This document shows, one piece after another, positions 25,667-33,111 of a stretch of DNA of 33,111 nucleotides (the first letter of the stretch is position 1; each line of letters begins with the position of its first letter). A model generated the notes under the pieces. The model searched no databases. It saw only the letters and a program-made list of their open reading frames with translations, and was not told the DNA's origin. Source of the DNA: Squatina squatina (Eukaryota). The stretch covers positions 6,701,194-6,734,304 of the forward strand of contig JARFOE010000162.1 in the NCBI GenBank assembly GCA_031763465.1. The letters run 5' to 3'. The position numbers and the translations under genes are program-made.

Positions 25667-26139
25667 CTGTAAAAAGAAAAAAAGTTACAGCTTTACTGTT
25701 TAATAAGCCAAATGCATTCAAATATATTTGACTTGCTAGAATTTCACACCTAGATTTCCAGTTAAATTGGAAAGGCTCAGACCACATCTCACTGGGGCAC
25801 TTCATTTTGACCAATGAGAAGGTTGACATAGCTGAAAACAAATTAACTGCAAAATTTTATTTTCACCATAAATGTAAAAACCAGGAATTTATTAACCCCC
25901 TAGTGTGCTGCTGGCTTTGGCAGTGCATGCTCTGCTAGGAAATCATATTGTTAAGCAGCTACAACATCTGATGTTGCACTCTGAAGTATCAGAAGATTTG
26001 CCTGATTCTATCATTTAAACGAGCTGGATCTTTATTGTCNNNNNNNNNNNNNNNNNNNNNNNNNNNNNNNNNNNNNNNNNNNNNNNNNNNNNNNNNNNNN
26101 NNNNNNNNNNNNNNNNNNNNNNNNNNNNNNNNNNNNNNN

Positions 26140-26465
26140 TCCTTGCATTATGATCCTCAACCCCTTCCCTGCCATATAGGCCTTGGCGCTGCCTTGCATT
26201 ATGGGCCTTGCCCCCATCCCTGCATTTAATGCCCCAGCATAACCCTTCCCTACGCTATGGGCCTTATCTCCTATGTGCCATTCATGGCTGTATCCTGCAC
26301 TATAGGCCTTGATCCTTCCTTGAACTTTAGACCTTGGTCCTTCCTGCGTTATGGACTTTGGTCCTTGCCTGAACTAGAGGCCTTGCCCCTTACTTGCATT
26401 TTGGGCCTTGTTCCTGCCCTGCACTATAGACCTCAGCCCTCCCTTGCACTCAATCTCAGCCCTTT
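26140..26465. repeat. degenerate ~25-bp minisatellite (consensus approx. CCTGCACTATAGGCCTTGNNCCTTC)
   Basis: Consecutive units include cctgcactataggccttgatccttc, cttgaactttagaccttggtccttc, cctgaactagaggccttgcccctta and cttgcattttgggccttgttcctgc. Confidence 0.8.
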
Positions 26466-26504
26466 ATCCGTGTTTCTCAACTTAAAAAAAAATTAACCTC
26501 TACA

Positions 26505-26835
26505 ATGTTTCCCTCTAAATTTCTTCTCTAGCTAAAGATGCTGACTCATGCTTGAGTACAGTTCTATGGATGCTAGCCATCCACTGCTTCCTTTGGTCAA
26601 ATTCCTTATGTGTGAGCCGAGGCATTGAGTGCTGACAGGCTGTTTGACAATGGAGGCATCACAGCAGAGCATGATCCTGTCCTCACCTGACTACCACACA
26701 ACTGTACAGCAGGGCTCAGTGATCAGGAGCAGGAACCTACTACCATATGCTGAGGTAAACTTTAGTACCTTTAACTTCGCCCCAACCGAGACCAGCCATC
26801 TCAGGACAGTCCAGGGTTCAAACATGGCCTATGCA
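26505..26835 (-). mobile_element. old SINE family copy (other fragments at ~785-920, 1660-1777, 25015-25282)
   Basis: Shared blocks among the copies: gactca...gtacagttct, caggct.tttgaca...catca.agc, and a gatcaggagcaggaacc-like segment. The head ends ctgagcca on the + strand. Confidence 0.6.
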
Positions 26836-27104
26836 GGTCTGGGTTAGGCAGGATCTGCAAAAAGCCAGCACTAGGCTCAGAGACCCAGTACAAGACATGA
26901 GAAGCCATCATACTGTACATGTGGAAATCCTGAACAAATATAAATCAAGAAAAGGCCAATCAGACCAGCTGTCTCACAGATAATTTGCATAACAATCTTT
27001 TACCTGATACGAATCAGGGGTTGGGAACAGTGAAATTTACACTCCATTGTCCCATCAAATTGAATTGTTTATTCCCTCTTAAAGGTCGTAATATCCTTAT
27101 TGGA

Positions 27105-27270
27105 CCACCTAATCTAATTGATAACCCAGCCTCATCTATTCTGTTCAGTCGCCTCCATCGAATCTAATTAGAAACCCTCATTGTCACCTACTCCAATTAG
27201 TAGCCCCAACTCAGCTATTCTAATTAGGTAACCTCTGATCCTCATCTAATCAGGTTAGAGACCCCCAATC
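27105..27270. repeat. short degenerate tandem repeat (~26-30 bp, CA.CTAATCTAATTAG..ACCC)
   Basis: cacctaatctaattg, catcgaatctaattag, cacctactccaattag, cagctattctaattag and catctaatcaggttag recur at similar spacing. Confidence 0.65.
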
Positions 27271-27294
27271 TGCACATAATCTGAATAGCAACCA

Positions 27295-27630
27295 TAAGAT
27301 CTTTAAAATACTAAAGGGATTTGATAGGGTGGATGTAGAGAAACCATTTACTCTGGTGGGGAAATCCAGAACAAGTGGGCTTAATCTCAAAATTAAAACC
27401 AGGTCATTCAGAAGTGAAATTAGGAAGCACTTTTTCACAAAAAGGGAAGTGGAAAACTGGAACTTGCTCCCCAAATGGTTGTGGATGCTGGATCAATAGA
27501 TTTAAGTTAGGTAAGGGCATCAAGGGATACAGAACAAAGGCGAGTAATGGATTTGAGGTACAGATCAGCCATGATTTAACTGAATGGTAGAACAGGCTCG
27601 AGGGGCTGAATAGCCTACTCCTGTTCCAAT
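27295..27630 (+). mobile_element. CR1 LINE 3' end fragment (in UBE2V intron)
   Basis: KILKGFDRVDVEKPF..GKSRT-type remnant, followed by the 3' UTR gatcagccatgatttaactgaatggtagaacaggctcgaggggctgaatagcctactcctgttcc. Confidence 0.85.
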
Positions 27631-27823
27631 ATTCTGACAGGACCTGGCCTGCAATCAAAATTGTATGTTTTTTCAGTACTCAAATTCTACATTCCCACAA
27701 CACTCAGCTAAAACTGAAAATATCACATTAGTTCAAAAGCACATGAATCCTGGGTAACCAAACATCACCACCAAATTAGTATTACTGCAACTATGTTTTG
27801 AATTTTTTTTAAGCTACACTTAC

Positions 27824-27972
27824 TCTTGCAGGTCCAATAATCATCCCTGTCCACCTTGAAAGTGTCATATCTTCATCATCTTCAAGTCCCCAACTTACTG
27901 TCCCATCACTTGCTCCCTTCTGGCCATCTTCTAGCTCTTCCAAAAGGCGGAAATTGCGTGGAACTGTTATAG
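27824..27972 (-). CDS. UBE2V1-like: UBE2V-family (UEV1/MMS2-like) ubiquitin E2 variant, coding exon equivalent to exon 2 (149 nt)
   Basis: Acceptor ttgctatttgttgcAG and donor AGA|GTAAGT. Encodes (A)[49 protein letters not shown]. Phase 1 to 0, with the same length as the recalled UBE2V1/2 exon. Confidence 0.96.
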
Positions 27973-28145
27973 CTGCAACAAATAGCAAGATAAAAATAAA
28001 ACTACAACAGTTTAACATTTTAGTAGTTTAAAGTAATTGCACTTAAGCCATTTCAATTGTAGGTACATCAAATTAATTTTCATAGGACTAAACTGTAATA
28101 CATTTAAAAATGAATCAGTTGGATCTCCAAACCACACAAGTTTAT

Positions 28146-29173
28146 AACCCGAAAATTCCGGTCAGCGGTTTCCTGCGTGTGGAGGCCCGAGGGCTGCGAG
28201 AACTTCTGTTCCCGGGCCTCCACAGGAGCATAGGTGGNNNNNNNNNNNNNNNNNNNNNNNNNNNNNNNNNNNNNNNNNNNNNNNNNNNNNNNNNNNNNNN
28301 NNNNNNNNNNNNNNNNNNNNNNNNNNNNNNNNNNNNNNNNNNNNNNNNNNNNNNNNNNNNNNNNNNNNNNNNNNNNNNNNNNNNNNNNNNNNNNNNNNNN
28401 NNNNNNNNNNNNNNNNNNNNNNNNNNNNNNNNNNNNNNNNNNNNNNNNNNNNNNNNNNNNNNNNNNNNNNNNNNNNNNNNNNNNNNNNNNNNNNNNNNNN
28501 NNNNNNNNNNNNNNNNNNNNNNNNNNNNNNNNNNNNNNNNNNNNNNNNNNNNNNNNNNNNNNNNNNNNNNNNNNNNNNNNNNNNNNNNNNNNNNNNNNNN
28601 NNNNNNNNNNNNNNNNNNNNNNNNNNNNNNNNNNNNNNNNNNNNNNNNNNNNNNNNNNNNNNNNNNNNNNNNNNNNNNNNNNNNNNNNNNNNNNNNNNNN
28701 NNNNNNNNNNNNNNNNNNNNNNNNNNNNNNNNNNNNNNNNNNNNNNNNNNNNNNNNNNNNNNNNNNNNNNNNNNNNNNNNNNNNNNNNNNNNNNNNNNNN
28801 NNNNNNNNNNNNNNNNNNNNNNNNNNNNNNNNNNNNNNNNNNNNNNNNNNNNNNNNNNNNNNNNNNNNNNNNNNNNNNNNNNNNNNNNNNNNNNNNNNNN
28901 NNNNNNNNNNNNNNNNNNNNNNNNNNNNNNNNNNNNNNNNNNNNNNNNNNNNNNNNNNNNNNNNNNNNNNNNNNNNNNNNNNNNNNNNNNNNNNNNNNNN
29001 NNNNNNNNNNNNNNNNNNNNNNNNNNNNNNNNNNNNNNNNNNNNNNNNNNNNNNNNNNNNNNNNNNNNNNNNNNNNNNNNNNNNNNNNNNNGCAGCCCTA
29101 AACCCGGAACTTGCAGGGCCTCTCCGGGCACATGCGCACTCCGTACGCGGACCGATAGTATGGAATTTTTGCC
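28146..29173. mobile_element. TIR element spanning the large gap
   Basis: Left end cccgaaaattccg and right end ggaatttttgcc are imperfect inverted repeats. GC-rich sequence on both sides of the N-run. Confidence 0.5.
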
Positions 29174-29217
29174 ACATTATGTTGTTACCAACCATGTGTT
29201 AGCATACATTTGCTTAC

Positions 29218-29267
29218 CTGCAGGAGTTGCTATATACAGTGACGTGATTCTACAATTTGAGGGGGCT
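29218..29267 (-). CDS. candidate upstream exon of the UBE2V gene (50 nt; ends ...ATA GCA ACT CCT GCA G|GTAAGC)
   Basis: Acceptor ttaaatccctccttattcaaccAG and strong donor CAG|GTAAGC. The phase-1 end matches exon 27824-27972. The frame is open (APSNCRITSLYIATPA) but contains no ATG. Confidence 0.5.
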
Positions 29268-30434
29268 CTGGTTGAATAAGGAGGGATTTAAGGCCAGCAA
29301 GACAAACCCAGGGTTTAGATTACATATATATTAAAAAAAAAACTCAAGCTTTGCTCTAGTGGGTTAGAAGGATGTTGCTATAGAATGATTTGTAAATGCT
29401 TCCTATTTATATAATGTGTACTAAAATATTAGTAGATTATAATGACTGATATCAAGTCAATTCATATTAATTGAAGGTAACAAATCAATAGGACTAGAGT
29501 AAATTTTTGACATTTCGATGTCTCGGTTTATCAGCCACACTTGACTACCTTCATCCTGTCTAAATCTCAATTACTGGCTTGGAATTCATATGTAATTAAG
29601 TGTTAAAAGGCCGAAAGGAAGCAGACATGACCTTAACAGAGCACTCTATAGCTTTTTTTTAATTTAAATACACTGCTTGTATTTACACCAAAATGTGAAT
29701 TTGACAAAAATAGCCTTTCACTGAAGGATAAAAAGAACAGTGTTAATACACAATCTGATCTACACAAGTCTACCTCAATCTCACTTGAATTTTGGCAAGA
29801 GATTCTTTTACCCAATAACAAGTGTGCCAGTTTTGTTTTGAATGCTAAACAATGCCATATTCTTCAAACGGTCTTTAATTGAGCTGTAATCAGACAGACC
29901 CTGGGGGATTTACTGGCCCGAAACTAGACAGACAGGACGTTTTACACGTGCCAGAGTATCGGATTCTCAGGCTTAAATCATTCTAAAACAAAGGCAGCAA
30001 GAATCTGAAGAAGCAGAACTTTATTACTGGGAAATTTCTATGCAACTCATTAATGGAAAAACAGAACAGTGCAAAACCATCACTTTAACGGGACAAAAAT
30101 TCTTAAAAGGCAAGCAGTTTACTTCCTGTATATATCACTGCACTGAATTTACAGGGAGTAACATACTTTTGGCAAAGTGAAATGTTTTCAAAGTAATTAA
30201 TGCAATGGTAGAAATAGTTAATAATCTTGTATTATCACGTCCTTCCTGTTTAAAGTACGAATGAATCATAAAACAGAAGTGCAAATTATTTGTTAAATGT
30301 CGCTGTCATTTCCCTTCTCCCCATTATAATTTCTTGTGTCTCTGCCTCGAATTGACCGATGTTTATTTCACTTATCTCTTCCTTTTTATTAATTACTAAT
30401 TAACCCTGTCTCATTACACAATACTAGATCGACA

Positions 30435-31160
30435 ATAGCCTGTTCTCCAGTTCTTTCCTTGAAATATTGTTCTCGAAAACTGCCTCGAATGCATTCTATG
30501 AACTTTTACTGCAAGCTACTTTTGCCAATTTGGTTTGCCCAGCCGATATGAAGGTCTAAGTCCCCCATGATTATTGCATTACCCTTGTTATCGGCTTCTT
30601 TAATTTCCTGATTTCTACTTGACCAACACTATGATTTATGTTATGGGGCCTATAAATTGCTCCCACCAGTTTTTTCTGCCTTTTGTTATTTCTTTGTATT
30701 GATTCTACATCCTGATTTTCTGGGCTGAGACCCTTTCTCACTCCTGCCTTTATCTCATCCTTTATTATCAGGGTGAGCCACCTCCATTTCCATTTTGACT
30801 ATCTTTTTTGAAAGTCAAGTACCCTGGAATATTTAGTTCCCAACTTTGGTCACCCTGCAACCATGTCTCAGTAATGGCTAATAGTTCAAACCCATTTATC
30901 TCTATTTGCGCCATTAATTCACCTGTCTTGTTATGAACACTTTGTGCTTTCAGATATGGCATCTTTAATTTTAATTTGTTACTATTTTTCACTGATGTGG
31001 CCTTAGTTGCTAATGCCCTATTACCGTTATTAAACTCTTCCTGACACAATCTGCTTGATCTTACCCAAATCACTGATCTGCTCTGCAGCCTTGAATTTTC
31101 TTTTGAGACGTATAAATTAAACCTAACCTGACCTTTCCCTCCCCCTTATTAGTTTAACAG
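30435..31160 (-). mobile_element. CR1-clade LINE, degraded 5' part of ORF2 (APE endonuclease)
   Basis: ORF 30768-31073 reads YLKAQSVHNK..ELMAQIEINGFELLAITETWLQGDQSWELNIPGYLTFKKD..GNGGG, the typical CR1 endonuclease N-terminus. Downstream GAIYRP and IIMGD motif remnants are present, with frameshifts. Confidence 0.88.
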
Positions 31161-31558
31161 AGTGACTGCTGCCAACGAACTGGAAGCTGCGCAGAAGCGT
31201 ACTGTGCACTCCAACATCTGGAAGCACGATGTTTCTATTTTTTTAAATGAGCACGCTAACAAGCTCATTCCGTTCCCAGTTTCCCAGCTTTTTCAAGACC
31301 TCACTCGTTTCCCGGATTTTTCAACAGCTCAGTTCTTTCTTGGCTTCGCGGCTTTTTCAAAATTTTTCAATGAACCCGCTCCTGTGATGAACTGGCAGCG
31401 TGAATGCGCAGACTGCTTCAAGTTCGTTGGCAGCAGTCACGCCCTTTGTTTAAAGCCCTGCAGAACTGTAATATTACTCGTGATCAATCCTGCCAGCACC
31501 CCTCCTTTCTTTTTCCCTTCCCTATCTCCTCTGAATACACAGTAGCCAGCAACATTTA

Positions 31559-32236
31559 GGGAGCCCAATTGGATAAAGCTGAAACGGGCCGCTGAATTGG
31601 AGGCCTCCTCAGTCTGGGTTCATAGGACCAGGACCCAAGTGCACTTGGCCTCATTTCTGGGTCAGCGCAACACAGCAACGCTAATAAAGCATTGCCACGG
31701 TGCTGACGCACCAATTCCCCGGCAGTGCGCTTGCGTCAGAAATGGCCCCGCCCCCTGCCTCAAAGGGGAGGGGTGAGGCCACGGAGGCGGGGGCATCGCC
31801 GCTGGGCCACCAGGGAGTCGGCTTCAGGGCCTACAAAATGCCGGCATGTGGGGACAGCGGTGATGGTGGACAATTGGCCGGCAAACCGGCCGATGAAAAA
31901 ACATGGCGGACGGCGACGCTATCACTGCACCTTTAAGCGGAGTTGGCAACAGCAGGTAAAACCTGTCATTGCTAATGACACGGGCCTTGCCGACGAGACG
32001 CGCACCAATACCGGCCACGGCCCGCCGGCGGCGCAAAAGTGGATTGCAGGCGAGGGTTGGTGGATCGGCTCGTGATGCCTAACCCCGGAATCATTGGCGT
32101 TCCCGACGAGGAGGCCTGAGCGCCGCCGGGGCACCAATTGCTGAAACTGCTAAAAGCTCACTTAACGCTGCTTTAACGCCCGGGTAGCACCACTGTTCGG
32201 CGCTGCCACGGGTCTAAAGCAGACCAATTGGTCCCC
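31559..32236. mobile_element. GC/CpG-rich non-autonomous TIR element
   Basis: Imperfect inverted termini gggagcccaattgga ... accaattggtcccc, with sharp GC boundaries. Confidence 0.6.
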
Positions 32237-33111
32237 ATTCCTGTCCATATCTGAGCCAAGTTTCCATAATAGCCACTATATCAAAACCCCATGACAACTA
32301 GCACCTGTAGCTTGTTAACCTTATTTGCATTAACACACATGCATTCCACACCATACTAGTCTGCTTTGCTTTTTTTCTCCATTTATCTCCTGTTCTTTGC
32401 TCACTTGTTTGTCTTGTTGCTGTTTGGCCCTCCGATTATTCTATNNNNNNNNNNNNNNNNNNNNNNNNNNNNNNNNNNNNNNNNNNNNNNNNNNNNNNNN
32501 NNNNNNNNNNNNNNNNNNNNNNNNNNNNNNNNNNNNNNNNNNNNACAAAATTTTAAGGCTTTACCAGTATTATAGTACACAAATAAGCAAGCACCATATG
32601 GAAACCACAATTTACCCTCTTCAAATTCCAGTATTTCCACAGCTATATGATTGTGTCCTTAGAACATATTTCGACTGACTGTGTTAACTTAAACTCAAGT
32701 ATAATACACATTCTATTAGTTCATATTACACTATGTGAACGTTAATTTGAAAAACAGAAATGGCTATACCAAAGGATCACTATTCAAATACATTAAAGTT
32801 CCTTCAAACATCTTCAGTTTTATGAGCATCCTTATTTTTGGTGTAGTATGTGCTTCCAGGATGCATCTTCAGACTGTGGTTATAGATTTGGCTGGTGCAA
32901 TTAGTTGGCAAAAAGTAGTTTAAAAAGTCAAAACATTGGCAAGAGGTTACTTTGTTTTCTGAGCCCACTTGAAATCATCTGCTCTGGGTTTATTTCCAGT
33001 TAATCCTTGGATAATGTCCTCTAGAGTTTTCCAGAATCCTATTTTCTCCAGGGGATAGTTTAACCAACCTTAAAGATTAAAACAAACATTACTGTACTCA
33101 AAATATTAAAA

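Noticed and set aside
26140-26465. Possible CRISPR-like array
   Set aside because: The units are contiguous and degenerate with no unique spacers, the context is a vertebrate intron, and there are no cas genes.
28104-29279. 300+ aa ORFs across 28238-29091, and other X-containing ORFs
   Set aside because: They are open only because they read through N runs.
31559-32236. CpG island / UBE2V promoter with exon 1
   Set aside because: It has inverted termini and sharp edges like the other TIR elements, and I found no ATG exon with a phase-1 donor on the - strand.

Overview
This is vertebrate genomic DNA, not microbial. The repeat types suggest a cartilaginous fish (shark-like), and the scaffold is a gapped draft with many 100-N gaps. 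Two spliced protein-coding genes are visible, oriented tail-to-tail, and both encode catalytically inactive E2-fold (UEV) proteins. On the + strand there is one internal AKTIP/FTS exon (2192-2277), cut by a gap and missed by the ORF track. On the - strand there are three coding exons (149/126/147 nt) of a UBE2V (UEV1/MMS2) family gene. The UBE2V protein is noticeably diverged from both human UBE2V1 and UBE2V2 as I recall them. It lies beside AKTIP rather than the usual UBE2V1/UBE2V2 neighbours, so it may be a third ohnolog. A candidate upstream exon has ATA exactly where the initiator ATG is expected. The rest is CR1/L2 LINE fragments, tRNA-derived SINEs, PIF/Harbinger-like elements (some with decayed Myb/SANT ORFs or hairpin clusters), two minisatellites and a ~1 kb CT-rich array flanked by a 14-bp direct repeat. 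All homology calls come from recalled sequences, not database searches.
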